Source: Candidatus Brocadiia bacterium
GTDB lineage: Bacteria > Planctomycetota > Brocadiia > CAIUPP01
Direction of reading: 5' to 3'
Assembly: GCA_050015075.1 (NCBI GenBank)
Contig: JBEKCB010000018.1
Span: 33,751-97,750, forward strand
DNA: 64,000 bases
A program made the translations under genes and the position numbers. Below the pieces are notes generated by a model, which searched no databases, was not told the DNA's origin, and was given only the letters and a program-made list of their open reading frames with translations. Numbering within the stretch: position 1 is the stretch's first letter; every line of letters starts with the position of its first letter. Of the stretch, positions 9,601 to 19,572 are shown piece after piece.

Positions 9601-11937
9601 TCACTCTTGCGTGTAAATCACAATCCGGTCATGGATGAGCAGCACGATGTCGGGCTTGCCGCCGGTGACGGCGCCGATGGCGAACTCGCGCGGTTCCGAC
9701 GAGGCCGCCGGCGCCGGACCCATGCGGCCGCCGACGAACGCCTTGGCTTCGAAGACCGGCCAGGCGAGCACGCGCTCGATGCGCGGCTCTTCTTTCCGCC
9801 ACGTCAGCAGTTCCATCAACTGCTTCGTCCCCTCGGTGACGATGATCTGCGGCCGGCCGTCGCCGCGGAGGTCGCCGACCTCGACGTTCTCCAGCCGCCC
9901 GTTGCGCACCGGCGATTCGTACGAGGCGATCGAGCGCAGCGCCACGCGCGGCAGGCCCGGGCGCAGGATGTGGAAATCGTCCTGCCCGGCCAGGATGACG
10001 GCCGGCTTGCCGCTTCCATCCAGGTCCGCGACGTGCAGCCGCTCGAGGTTGACCGCGCCGGTCTGGAGTTTGTCCGCGACTTCGTACACGCCGGTCTTGT
10101 TCGCCCGGAGCACGGTCAGGCAATGGTTCGCCGCGTCCGCGAGGAGGATGTCCGTGGTCGAACTTCCGTTGAGCCGGACAGCGGAGGCCGCGACGATCTG
10201 GCTGGTCGGCGCCACGCCGTTGAACTGCTCGACGATCTCGATCCGGTCCTTGTCGTCGAGCCGCAGCGCGCGCGCGAAGCTCTTCGCGGCGACGAGGATC
10301 GTCGGCTTGCCGTCACCCTTGAGGTCGGCGATCGAGACGGCCCGCCGCGTGACGCCCTGCACGAGCCCCTTGCCGTAATCCGGCCCGCGCGAGACGTCAA
10401 CGAATTGCGCGTCGGCCGTCTGCTTGAAGATGCGCATCTCCTGGTACGGCGTGAAGAGCAGGATGTCCGGCCGGCCGTCCTGGTTCGCGTCGGCCACGAG
10501 CAGGCCGTCGGGATCGGTGCGCGCGTCCTCGATCGGGATGCGCAGGGACTCGACGAAGGTCGCGCCCGGCCCGATGGTCAGCACGCGAATGGACTTGTCG
10601 CGTGCCTGGGAGGAGACGTAGAGGATCTCGCGTTTGCCGTCGGCGAAGAGGTCGGCGACGCACATGCAGGTCGGCTTGCCGACGATCGGCAGCGACCGCG
10701 GGAAGGTCAGGCGGCCCTGCGCGTCGAGGCGCATCAGGCCCAGCATCGGTTCATCGGGGCTGAGGACGAGCACCGCCGGGGCGCCGTCCACTTCGAGCAC
10801 GGCGACGTCCGTCACTCCCTGCAGGCACGGGAAGGCCGCCTGCCGGTCCCACTGGCCGGACTGGTTCTGGCGGAAGAGTTCGATCTCGGCCGCGTCGGGG
10901 TCAGCGACGACGATGTCCATCCGTCTCGGATCGGTCAACGGGCCGAAAGCGAGCGGGTGCGCGCGCCGCGAGCCGGTCCCGCGCAGCGCGTAACGCTCGA
11001 ACGGCCCGTCGAGGAGCACGCCCGGATCCGCCGGCTCCGTGCCGACCTTGTAAACCACCAGCCGGCCCTGTGACCGCTCAATCGCGACCAGTTCGGTGCA
11101 GCCGTCCTTGTCGAGGTCGCCGAGGGCTACGCTGCTCATCGGCGGCGCCTTGCAGCGCACTTCGGGGCCGAGCCGCCCTTCGGCGTTCTGGAACCGGAAG
11201 CAGAACGGCGCGGCCTCGTCGCTGCAGAAGTAGAGCAGGTCCTTCCGGCCGTTGCCGTCGAAATCGGCGATGGCGATGCCGACGGCGCCCTCGGGCAGGC
11301 CCGATTCCTTGATCGGCGCTTCGAGCTGGCCGGCGGCGTTCTGGTGGAAGAAGTAGGTGCCGTCCGTGCCGAGGAGGACCAGGTCGTTCCGGCCGCTCTT
11401 GCGCAGGTCGCCGATCGCCAGGGCGTTCATCTGCGTGGAGCCGTCGGCGATGTCAAACGTCCGGCGCGGTCCCCATTGCCCGTTCTTGTCCTGGTAGACC
11501 ACGACGAGTTCGCGCGGATCGCCGTAGTACGCCATGTCCGTCCGGCCGTCGCCGTTGAGGTCGCCAAGCTCCAGGCTGTAGACGTGCTTCTCGGTCAGAT
11601 AGGGCCGGCTGTCGAACTGCGCGTCGTTGGGAACCTCGTTCGGCTCCGCGTCCGCCGGCTTCGCCGCCGGGGCCTTCGCAGCGCCGGCCGTTTTCGGGCG
11701 CTGCAGCAGGCACTCGATCCGCGCGCGCGCGTTGTTCACCACGACGATGTCGGTCAGCCCGTCGCCGTTGACGTCGGCGAGGCGCAGGTTGCTCGTGTCC
11801 CAGTCGAGCTTGTACATCTCCATACCGGAGAAGCCGAAAGATTCCGTCGCCGGCTTCGTTTCGCCGGACGCCGGCAATGAGAGCACGCCCAGGCATAACG
11901 CGGCGAAGACCAGACGAATCACCGGTGGATTTCGCAT
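9601..11937 (-). CDS. Exported FG-GAP/VCBS repeat beta-propeller protein
   Basis: Signal peptide; repeated D.NGDG..D motifs (DVNGDGLTD, DLNGDGRTD, DFDGNGRKD, DANQDGRPD). Confidence 0.85.
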   Translation of the reverse strand: MRNPPVIRLVFAALCLGVLSLPASGETKPATESFGFSGMEMYKLDWDTSNLRLADVNGDGLTDIVVVNNARARIECLLQRPKTAGAAKAPAAKPADAEPNEVPNDAQFDSRPYLTEKHVYSLELGDLNGDGRTDMAYYGDPRELVVVYQDKNGQWGPRRTFDIADGSTQMNALAIGDLRKSGRNDLVLLGTDGTYFFHQNAAGQLEAPIKESGLPEGAVGIAIADFDGNGRKDLLYFCSDEAAPFCFRFQNAEGRLGPEVRCKAPPMSSVALGDLDKDGCTELVAIERSQGRLVVYKVGTEPADPGVLLDGPFERYALRGTGSRRAHPLAFGPLTDPRRMDIVVADPDAAEIELFRQNQSGQWDRQAAFPCLQGVTDVAVLEVDGAPAVLVLSPDEPMLGLMRLDAQGRLTFPRSLPIVGKPTCMCVADLFADGKREILYVSSQARDKSIRVLTIGPGATFVESLRIPIEDARTDPDGLLVADANQDGRPDILLFTPYQEMRIFKQTADAQFVDVSRGPDYGKGLVQGVTRRAVSIADLKGDGKPTILVAAKSFARALRLDDKDRIEIVEQFNGVAPTSQIVAASAVRLNGSSTTDILLADAANHCLTVLRANKTGVYEVADKLQTGAVNLERLHVADLDGSGKPAVILAGQDDFHILRPGLPRVALRSIASYESPVRNGRLENVEVGDLRGDGRPQIIVTEGTKQLMELLTWRKEEPRIERVLAWPVFEAKAFVGGRMGPAPAASSEPREFAIGAVTGGKPDIVLLIHDRIVIYTQE

Positions 11938-11975
11938 CGTTCCGCGCGCCTCCTCTATCACGAACTCAGGACGCC

Positions 11976-12001
11976 TGGATTCCCGCTTTCGCGGCAATGA
12001 C
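11976..12001. repeat. REP-like palindrome TGGATTCCCGCTTTCGCGGCAATGAC
   Basis: ATTCCCGC/GCGGCAAT imperfect stem ending in GAC. Confidence 0.6.
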
Positions 12002-12111
12002 GTAAGGTGTTTTCAGCACAGTGTTTGCTGCAAATTGGATTCGTTTTTTCAAATCGCATTTTCAGCTTCATATCCTTGCCTGCCAATAACTTACGGCATC
12101 TCGAGGCTTGG

Positions 12112-12140
12112 ATTATACAATAAGTTTTCTGATATGTCAA
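12112..12140 (-). promoter_or_regulatory. Consensus sigma70 promoter for the FG-GAP gene
   Basis: TTGACA-17 nt-TATAAT on the minus strand in an AT-rich gap. Confidence 0.7.
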
Positions 12141-12377
12141 GGGCCGCGCTGCTGTTTTAATGGTGCCATGCATACAGATTATAATCATAACAGATTATAG
12201 CTACGGTGCTTACGGCTTATCTCTCCGATAACAACGTTTCCGTTTTTCCGGTTTTCAGCCCTTCGGCCGTGAGAGGAGCCGAACGGGTCAGCGCCGAACG
12301 GCTGAAAACAACCGACCAAGCATATTGCAGTCTAGCGGTTTTGCAAGAGGCGTTCAATGGGTGGCGGCCATCAATCC

Positions 12378-13724
12378 TCAACCGCCGATCGTCGGCCGCA
12401 AATCGCCGGCCGGCGCTTGGCTGCCGGCGAGCGTGAGCGGCGTGGCGGACTCGACGCGGACGCGGACGAGTTCGCCGGCGAGCGCCTCCGGACCCTCGAA
12501 GACGACGATCTGGTTGGTGCGCAGGCGGCCGGTCAGGCGCGAGGCGTCGCGGTGGCTGCGCCCTTCGACGAGGACTTCCACCTCCTGCCCGATGAACTTG
12601 CGGTTCTCCTCGAGCTGGACCGCTGACTGAATCTCCAGCAGCGCCAGGTTTCGGCGGCGCTTCTCTTCCCAGGGCACGTCGTCGGCGAGTTTCGCGGCGG
12701 CGGTGCCGGGGCGCGTTGAGTACTTGAAGACAAAGGAGTTCTGGAAGCGAAGGTCGCGGACGAGCGCGGCGGTCTCGTCGAATTCCGCCTCCGTCTCGCC
12801 GGGGAAGCCGACGATGAAGTCGCTGGCGATGGCGATGCCCGGCACGAGTTCGCGCGCGAGGGCGACGAGGTCGCGGTAACCGCGCGCGGTGTAGCTGCGG
12901 TTCATCGCGGCCAGGACGCGGTCGCTCCCGGACTGCGCAGGCATGTGCAGATGCTCGCAGACCGCCGGCAGGTCGCGCACGGCCTCGAGGATTTCGCGCG
13001 ACATGTCCTTCGGATGCGAGGTGACGAAACGCACTCGCGCCAGCCCGGCGATCCGGTCCAGCCGCGCGAGCAGGTCCGCCAGCGCGTGCGCCGGCGGGTC
13101 GAACGACTTCCCATAGCTGTTGACGTTCTGGCCGAGCAGCGTGATCTCGCGGCAGCCGTCATCGGCGAGGCGATGCGCCTCGTCCACGACTTCGGTGATG
13201 GGCCGGCTGATTTCAGGCCCGCGCACGTACGGCACCACGCAGTAGGCGCAGTAGTTGTCGCAGCCGCGCATGATGCCGAGGAACGCGCGGCGGCGGTCCG
13301 GCCGGACCGAGATCTCGCGCGCCTCCGAGACCGCCGCGGCCTCGCTGCACGCCAGCACGCGGTCCGCGCGGCGCGCCTCCTCGATCAGCTCGGCGATGCG
13401 CGGGAACTCGCGCGTGCCGCAGACGAGGTCCACGTGCGGCAGCCGCTCGAAGATTTTCTCGCCGTCCTTCTGAGCCATGCAGCCGAGGATGCCGATGATC
13501 AGGCGGGGCTTGCGGCGTTTCAGGCTCTTGAGCTTGCCGACGTTGCTGTACACGCGCTCCTCGGCGTGCGCGCGCACCGAGCAGGTGTTGTAGAGCACCA
13601 CGTCAGCCTCGTCGGGCGTGGCGGCCTCTTCGTAGCCGGCGCGCCGAAGCGCGGAGAGCGCCAGTTCGGCGTCCAGCTTGTTCATCTGGCAGCCGAAGGC
13701 GTGGATGAAGACTTTATGCGGCAC
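12378..13724 (-). CDS. miaB: tRNA-2-methylthio-N6-dimethylallyladenosine synthase
   Basis: FGCQMN, NTCSVR, GCMAQ, radical SAM CDNYCAYC, DFIVGFPGET, TRAM domain; GTG start with GAGGA RBS. Confidence 0.95.
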   Translation of the reverse strand: MPHKVFIHAFGCQMNKLDAELALSALRRAGYEEAATPDEADVVLYNTCSVRAHAEERVYSNVGKLKSLKRRKPRLIIGILGCMAQKDGEKIFERLPHVDLVCGTREFPRIAELIEEARRADRVLACSEAAAVSEAREISVRPDRRRAFLGIMRGCDNYCAYCVVPYVRGPEISRPITEVVDEAHRLADDGCREITLLGQNVNSYGKSFDPPAHALADLLARLDRIAGLARVRFVTSHPKDMSREILEAVRDLPAVCEHLHMPAQSGSDRVLAAMNRSYTARGYRDLVALARELVPGIAIASDFIVGFPGETEAEFDETAALVRDLRFQNSFVFKYSTRPGTAAAKLADDVPWEEKRRRNLALLEIQSAVQLEENRKFIGQEVEVLVEGRSHRDASRLTGRLRTNQIVVFEGPEALAGELVRVRVESATPLTLAGSQAPAGDLRPTIGG

Positions 13725-13800
13725 TCTGCGGTCCTCAGTTCGATGGGAGGAATGGGGAATGCCGGGAGGTATGGACGAGCGGATTGCTCGTCTGCACTCC

Positions 13801-15210
13801 TCACTCGGCATTCCTGGTCAGCCTGGCCATGAACAGCCCGTCTCCACCGTCGTGCGCCGGCAGGAATTCCTCCTGCGCTTCGAGCCGGAAGCCCGGCGCG
13901 GAGCGCAGCGCCGCGGCGACGACGTGCGCGTTCTCGTCCGGCTCCACGCTGCACGTGCTGTAAACCAGCGTGCCGCCGGGGCGGAGGCAATGCAGCGCGG
14001 CCTCGAGCAGCGCGCGCTGCTGCGCGGTCAGTTCGGCCAGGCCCGCGTCGGAGAAACGCCAGCGCGCCTCCACGCGCCGGCGCAGGACGCCGGTGTTCGA
14101 GCAGGGCGCGTCGAGCAGCACGCGGTCGAACTTGCCCGGATGCTGCCGCGCGAAGTTCGCGCCTTCCGACTCGACCGTCGCGATGATCCGCAGGTCCAGG
14201 CGCTGCACGTTCTCGACCAGCCGCTTGAGCCGCCGCGCCGAGTCGTCCACCGCGGCGATCATGCCCCGGTTCTGCATCCGCTCGGCCATGTGGCACGCCT
14301 TGCCGCCCGGCGCGGCGCAGAGGTCGAGGACGTTCTCGCCCGGCTGCGGCCCGACGAACGGCGCGACCGCGGCACTGGAATCGTCCTGCACCTGGAAGAG
14401 CCCCTCGCGGAAGGCGCGCAGCCGCGACACCTGCGTTCCCGGCGGCAGCAGCAGCGTACGGCCGGTCGCCGACGGGCGGGCTTCCACCTGCTCGGCGAGA
14501 AGGCTCGCGATGAGCTGCTCCGGCGAAGTCCGCAGCGCGTTCGGCCGAATGAAAAGCGGCGGCGGCTCGTTCGCCAGCCGGCAGAGCTCGCACGCGCGCG
14601 ACGTGCCGAACCGCGCCAGCCAGCGCCGCATCAGCCCGACCGGGAACGAGAGCGCGGCGGCCAGGTGCGCCGCGGATTCCGCGGGCGGCGGCAGGACTTT
14701 TTTCCCGAGCACGCAGGCACGGCCCGGCCGAACCTCGAAGGAACATTGCGGCTGGGCGAGATCGGGCTCGGCGGCGAAGCGCAGGTCGCGGCCGATGGAG
14801 CGCAGGACGGCGTTGACGAAACCGGTCGCGCGCGATTTTCCCGTCGCGCGCGCCAGCCGAACCGATTCGTCCACGATCGCGTGCTGCGGGACGCGCTCGA
14901 GGAAGAGCATCTGGTAGACGCCCAGCCGCAGCGCCTGCCGGACCACCGGGTCGAGTTCGTCCAGCGGCCGCGCCGAATACGCCGCGAGCACCGCATCGAG
15001 CGTGGCCAACCGCCGAATGACGCCATACGTCAGGTCCGCCGCCAAGCGCCGGTCCTCGGGTTTCATCGGCGCGCCCGAGAACCGCTCGTCGAGCAGCTCG
15101 CGGGCGAACGCTTTGCCGGTCGGCGACAGCGCCTGGCTGATGACCTCGAGCGCGCAGCGCCGCGGATTGGGCGAGAAGCCGCGCGGTTCGTCGCCGGTTT
15201 CACGCGCCAT
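13801..15210 (-). CDS. rsmB: 16S rRNA m5C967 methyltransferase (Sun/RsmB)
   Basis: NusB-like N-terminus (GFVNAVLR), VQD, DLCAAPGGK, DAPCSNTG, VYSTCS. Confidence 0.92.
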   Translation of the reverse strand: MARETGDEPRGFSPNPRRCALEVISQALSPTGKAFARELLDERFSGAPMKPEDRRLAADLTYGVIRRLATLDAVLAAYSARPLDELDPVVRQALRLGVYQMLFLERVPQHAIVDESVRLARATGKSRATGFVNAVLRSIGRDLRFAAEPDLAQPQCSFEVRPGRACVLGKKVLPPPAESAAHLAAALSFPVGLMRRWLARFGTSRACELCRLANEPPPLFIRPNALRTSPEQLIASLLAEQVEARPSATGRTLLLPPGTQVSRLRAFREGLFQVQDDSSAAVAPFVGPQPGENVLDLCAAPGGKACHMAERMQNRGMIAAVDDSARRLKRLVENVQRLDLRIIATVESEGANFARQHPGKFDRVLLDAPCSNTGVLRRRVEARWRFSDAGLAELTAQQRALLEAALHCLRPGGTLVYSTCSVEPDENAHVVAAALRSAPGFRLEAQEEFLPAHDGGDGLFMARLTRNAE

Positions 15211-16147
15211 GGAGAAGGTCTCCGGGTTTGACAACGTGGCCGCGCAGGTACGCGGCGGCGTCCATCGGCTTGCGGCCTTCGGGCTGGACGCGCAATACGG
15301 TGACGCATCCACGCCCGGTCCCGACGATGAGCCGATCCTCGGCGCGGAGGACCTGTCCGGGCGTCGCCGCCGCGCCCGCATCGTCAGCCGGACGCGCGGC
15401 CAGCAGGATCAGCCGCTCGCGCCGCTCGCCGCAGAGGTAGAACGTGAACGCGCCCGGCCAGGGCGTCATGCCGCGGATGAAATTGCAGACGCCGCGCGCA
15501 TCGAGGCGCCAAGGAACCAGGCCGTCGTTTTTCCGCAGGCTCGGCGCCTCGGTCGCCCGCGCGGCATCCTGCGGCTGCTCGACGGCCGCGCCGGACTCGA
15601 CCGCGTCGAGCAGCGGCGCGATCATCTCGGCCGCCAGCACCGCGAGACGCACGGAAAGCTCGCCGGCGGTCTCCTCGTCGCCGATGCGCAGCGCGCGCTG
15701 GACGAGAATTGCGCCGGCGTCCAGCTCGGGCGCCATGCGCTGGATGGTGACGCCGGTCTCCGATTCGCCGCACAGGATCGCGCGCTCGATCGGCGCGGCG
15801 CCGCGGTACTTCGGCAGGAGCGAGGCATGCGCGTTGAAGCAGCCGAGCCGCGGCAGCGCCAGCACGCGCCGCCCCAGGCGCTTGCCGTACGCGGTGACGA
15901 CGATCGCGTCCGGCGCGGCGGCGCGCAGCGACTGCACCGCCTCGGGCCGGTTGATGCTCTCCGGCTGGATCACCGGCACGCCCCGCGATTGGGCGACCTG
16001 CTTGACCGGCGGTGCCCACGGCACGCGCCCGCGCCCGCGCGGCTTGTCCGGCTGCGTGACGACCAGGCAGACCGCGTGGCGGCTGCGCAGCAGCGCCTCC
16101 AGCGTCGGGACGGCGAAATCGGGGGTTCCGGCGAAACAGATCTTCAC
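15200..16147 (-). CDS. fmt: Methionyl-tRNA formyltransferase
   Basis: GTPDFA, VVTQPDKP.GRG, HASLLPKYRGAAPI, LDAG, PWPGA. Confidence 0.95.
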   Translation of the reverse strand: MKICFAGTPDFAVPTLEALLRSRHAVCLVVTQPDKPRGRGRVPWAPPVKQVAQSRGVPVIQPESINRPEAVQSLRAAAPDAIVVTAYGKRLGRRVLALPRLGCFNAHASLLPKYRGAAPIERAILCGESETGVTIQRMAPELDAGAILVQRALRIGDEETAGELSVRLAVLAAEMIAPLLDAVESGAAVEQPQDAARATEAPSLRKNDGLVPWRLDARGVCNFIRGMTPWPGAFTFYLCGERRERLILLAARPADDAGAAATPGQVLRAEDRLIVGTGRGCVTVLRVQPEGRKPMDAAAYLRGHVVKPGDLLHGA

Positions 16148-16173
16148 TCGGCGTTTTCCGTTAACCCGAATTT

Positions 16174-16319
16174 ACCACTAAGTTACCAAGGCTCAAAGAG
16201 ACAACGGCTTCCACCACGGAATACACGGAGCACACCGAATGACTTTCCTGAACAGCTTCAGTGTCTTCCGTGTGTTCCGTGGTTGCAATATCAGTTGGCG
16301 TTTTTGACGCCTTGGTGGT
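16174..16319. repeat. Nested inverted-repeat element (outer ACCAAG-type units, inner ACACGGA units)
   Basis: accacggaatacacggagcacaccgaa vs ttcagtgtcttccgtgtgttccgtggt inside degenerate accactaag/cttggtggt arms. Confidence 0.7.
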
Positions 16320-16325
16320 TCAACA

Positions 16326-16874
16326 CTAACGTTGGTCGTCAGACGAGGGCGGGCCGGACGCCTGACGTTCAGCCATCTCCTGGAGCTTCGGCTCGATGAT
16401 GAGCTTGGCGGTCGGGGTGAGGCGGTCCACGAAGAGCGTGCCGTCGAGGTGGTCCAACTCGTGCTGCCACGCGCGCGCGACCAGGCCCTGCGCCTCCATC
16501 TCGACCGTCTCGCCGGACGGGAGCATCGCGCGGACGGTGACGATCTCCGCGCGGCGCACTTTGGCGAAGACGCCGGGCACGCTCAGGCAGCCTTCCTCCT
16601 CGAAGAGCTTTCCGCGCTTGGACAGGATCACCGGATTGATGAACGTCTCGACCTTTCCCGGCTCCGAGGTCGTGTTGATGAGCATGAACCGGAACGGCCA
16701 GCCGACCTGCGTAGCGGCCAGCCCGACGCCCTTCTCCTGGTGCATCAGTTCCGCCATGCGTTCGGACATCTCGCGGAGGAAACTGTTGATTTCCTTGATG
16801 CGATCCGCGTGCGCGCGCAGCGCCGGCGCCGGATAACGGAGGACGTGCAGCGTCTTCAGATCGGGATATTGCAC
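16326..16874 (-). CDS. def: Peptide deformylase
   Basis: GVGLAATQVG, EEGCLSVPG, QHELDHLDG; start uncertain (GTG 16874). Confidence 0.95.
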   Translation of the reverse strand: MQYPDLKTLHVLRYPAPALRAHADRIKEINSFLREMSERMAELMHQEKGVGLAATQVGWPFRFMLINTTSEPGKVETFINPVILSKRGKLFEEEGCLSVPGVFAKVRRAEIVTVRAMLPSGETVEMEAQGLVARAWQHELDHLDGTLFVDRLTPTAKLIIEPKLQEMAERQASGPPSSDDQR

Positions 16875-16997
16875 AGGTTTCAATCCACGCCCTGCCGGCC
16901 GCAGGCGGGGCAACCAGAGGTCCGCGGCAGATGCAGCCGCCGTACGACCCCAGCAAAGAACGCGGGCGGCGAGTTGACTTCCTGCAGAACCGTCCGC

Positions 16998-17270
16998 CTA
17001 TTCCGCCGCTTTCGCCGCGCCGCCGTTGAGCTTGGAGTCGATCAGGGTGATCAGGTCGCCGACGGTGCGGAGTTTCATGGCTTCGTCGTCGGCGATCTTG
17101 ACATTGAGCCGCTCCTCGATCTCGAACAGGAGCTCGGTGAGCTGCAGCGAGTCGAACCCCAGTCCCTCGCGCATGACGGTTTCTTCCTGCACCTGCACGC
17201 GCTTGAGGAGCTGATCGTCCACGATGTTCAGAATTTTTTCCAGCTCGGCCTTGATCTGCTGTCTGTCCAT
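16998..17270 (-). CDS. Acyl carrier protein
   Basis: LGFDSL phosphopantetheine site, EIEERLNVKIADDEA..LRTVGD. Confidence 0.88.
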   Translation of the reverse strand: MDRQQIKAELEKILNIVDDQLLKRVQVQEETVMREGLGFDSLQLTELLFEIEERLNVKIADDEAMKLRTVGDLITLIDSKLNGGAAKAAE

Positions 17271-17275
17271 TGGCT

Positions 17276-18538
17276 TCATCCCTCGTAGGCTCGGACGGCG
17301 AGAACGGCGTTGGATCCTCCGAACGCGAACGAATTGCTGAGCGCGGCGCGGATGCGGGCGGGCCGCGCGACATTGGGGACGTAATCCAGGTCGCACTCCG
17401 GGTCGGGCTCATCGAGGTTGACCGTCGGCGGCATGACCTGATGCCGGATGGCGAGGATGGTGGCGATGAGCTCCAGCGCGCCGCTGGCGCCCAGGGCGTG
17501 TCCGACGACGGACTTGGTGGAGCTGATGCCGACGCGCCGCGCGTGTGCGCCGAGCGCCAGCTTGATCGCCTGCGTCTCGGTGCTGTCGTTGAGGAGCGTG
17601 CTGGTGCCGTGGGCGTTGATGTAGTCCACGTCTTCGGCGGCCAGGCCGGTGACGCGCAGCGCGTGGCGGATGGCGCTGGCCTGGCCTTCGGGGCTGGGCT
17701 TGGTGATGTGCGTGGCGTCGCTGGAGGAGCCGCTGCCGAGGATCTCGGCGTAGATGTGAGCGCCGCGGCGCACGGCGTGCTCGGCCTCTTCGAAGACGAG
17801 CATGGCGGAGCCCTCGGCGAGGACCAGGCCGTCGCGCCGGCGGTCGAACGGGCGGCAGGCCTTGGCCGGGTCCGGGTTCTTGGAGAGGACGCGCAGGTTG
17901 ATCCACGCGCCGAACATGCTCTGGATGATCGGCGAATCGCACCCGCCGGTGACGACCATGTCCTCGCGGCCGGTCTGGATCCATTCGCAGGCGTCGGCCA
18001 TGGCGAGCGCGCCGCTGGCGCAGGCGGCGGCGACGACGTGATGACCGCCGAGGAGGTGGCATTCCATGGAGATGTGGCTGGCGATGACGTTGTACATCGA
18101 GCGCGGGACGGTGGTCGGCCGGACGCCCTGCCAGCCGCGCGCGTTGTAGAGGGCGTAGGATTCGGTGACCGTCTCGCACGGGCCGAGGCCGGAGCCGATC
18201 AGGAGTCCGATGCGCGCGCCGTTGCGCGCGGCCTCCGCCAACGCAGCATCCTCCAGGGCGCGCCGCGCGGCAATGAGCCCGAGCAGCGCGCTGCGGTCGG
18301 TGCGCTCGATGGCGCTCGCCGGCACGGCTTTGAGCAGGTCCGCCTGGTCCACCTCGCCGGCGCTGTGGATGGGCATTTCGCTGCTGTCGAAATTGCGGAT
18401 GGCGCGGACGGCGGAACGGCCGCAGGTAAGGCCGGCCCAATACGCGTCGAGGTCGCACCCGGCCGGGCTGAGAAGCCCCATGCCGGTGACGACGACGCGG
18501 CGCTGCGGGTGAGCACGGCCGGCGGACTCCACCATCAT
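17276..18538 (-). CDS. fabF: 3-oxoacyl-ACP synthase II family ketosynthase
   Basis: RRVVVTGMG, AACASG catalytic Cys, RPFD..RDG, YINAHGTST, GHALGASG, SNSFAFGG; the ORF-track N-extension overlaps the next gene and is discarded. Confidence 0.88.
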   Translation of the reverse strand: MMVESAGRAHPQRRVVVTGMGLLSPAGCDLDAYWAGLTCGRSAVRAIRNFDSSEMPIHSAGEVDQADLLKAVPASAIERTDRSALLGLIAARRALEDAALAEAARNGARIGLLIGSGLGPCETVTESYALYNARGWQGVRPTTVPRSMYNVIASHISMECHLLGGHHVVAAACASGALAMADACEWIQTGREDMVVTGGCDSPIIQSMFGAWINLRVLSKNPDPAKACRPFDRRRDGLVLAEGSAMLVFEEAEHAVRRGAHIYAEILGSGSSSDATHITKPSPEGQASAIRHALRVTGLAAEDVDYINAHGTSTLLNDSTETQAIKLALGAHARRVGISSTKSVVGHALGASGALELIATILAIRHQVMPPTVNLDEPDPECDLDYVPNVARPARIRAALSNSFAFGGSNAVLAVRAYEG

Positions 18539-19539
18539 CCTCGCTTCCTGAGTTTCTTTTGCGCGGAGGCCATCTCGCGGAAGACCAGGGCGACGGCGTC
18601 GCGCGCGTCTTCCGCGGTGGCGGTCTCGGGCGCGCGGCCGGCTTTCAAGCAGTCCACGAAGTATTTCACCTCGTTGAAGTAACCGCCGAGGCTGCTGATG
18701 TTGCCGCCGGCCTGGACTTCTCCGGCCTTCACTTGGGGCACACTGACCAGCGCCGGGGGCTTGCCTTTTTCGTAACGGGCGAGCGGCTGACTCTTCGAGG
18801 AGTAGCTGAGCACGCCCTTCGCGAAGACGGCGCGGAAAGCCATCTCGAACGGCTCGGGTGCGTCGCACCAGCCGCCCTGGGCGGTGACGGCGACGGCCGG
18901 GTAGTGATAGTGCGTCGCGATCTGGTTCCACGCGCCGCCCTGGCACACGCCGACGCTGTCGAGGCCCTTCGGCTTGCCCAACAGGTACAGCGCGTAGTCC
19001 ACGTCGTGGATGTGCAGGTCGAGCGCGGCGCCGCCGCTGAGGGCCGGCTTGCGGAACCACCCTTTCCAGCCGACGGGCATTTCGCCGAAGCGCCGCATCT
19101 CGAGCGAGACGAGCGGACCGAGCGTTTTCTGCTCGGTGTACTGCTTCAGGAGCTGATACTCCGGCCAGAAGCGGAGGACGTGGCCGACCATGAATTTGAT
19201 TTTCGCGTCGCGGATGGCCTTGACCATGCGGTTGGCCTGGGCCGGATCGCGCGCGATGGGTTTTTCGCAAAGGCAATCCAGGCCGCGCTTTGCGGCAAGG
19301 AGCGCCGCCTCGCAATGCAGGTAGGTCGGCAGGCAGATGTCCACGAGGTCTACCGGCGCGCGGGTGATGAGTTCGCGCGCGGTGGAGAAGACGGCGGCGC
19401 CGTGTTTCGCGGCGAGCGGCTGCGCGTTCTCCGCCTGGTCATCGGCGATGGCGACGATTCGGACATCAGGGATCGCGGCGTAACAGGCCGCGTGCATTCT
19501 TCCCATGAAGCCGACGCCGCAGAGACCGACTTTGATCAT
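18535..19539 (-). CDS. Gfo/Idh/MocA family oxidoreductase
   Basis: GLCGVGFMG, CLPTYLH, CEKP, GHVLRF, GGAALDLHIHD. Confidence 0.92.
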   Translation of the reverse strand: MIKVGLCGVGFMGRMHAACYAAIPDVRIVAIADDQAENAQPLAAKHGAAVFSTARELITRAPVDLVDICLPTYLHCEAALLAAKRGLDCLCEKPIARDPAQANRMVKAIRDAKIKFMVGHVLRFWPEYQLLKQYTEQKTLGPLVSLEMRRFGEMPVGWKGWFRKPALSGGAALDLHIHDVDYALYLLGKPKGLDSVGVCQGGAWNQIATHYHYPAVAVTAQGGWCDAPEPFEMAFRAVFAKGVLSYSSKSQPLARYEKGKPPALVSVPQVKAGEVQAGGNISSLGGYFNEVKYFVDCLKAGRAPETATAEDARDAVALVFREMASAQKKLRKRG

Positions 19540-19572
19540 GACCGCTCCTATCGCGCAGGAAGGCGACGACTC

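Noticed and set aside
17276-19315. 679 aa FabF with a long N-terminal extension
   Set aside because: The extension is an off-frame reading of the overlapping Gfo/Idh/MocA gene; the true start is 18538.
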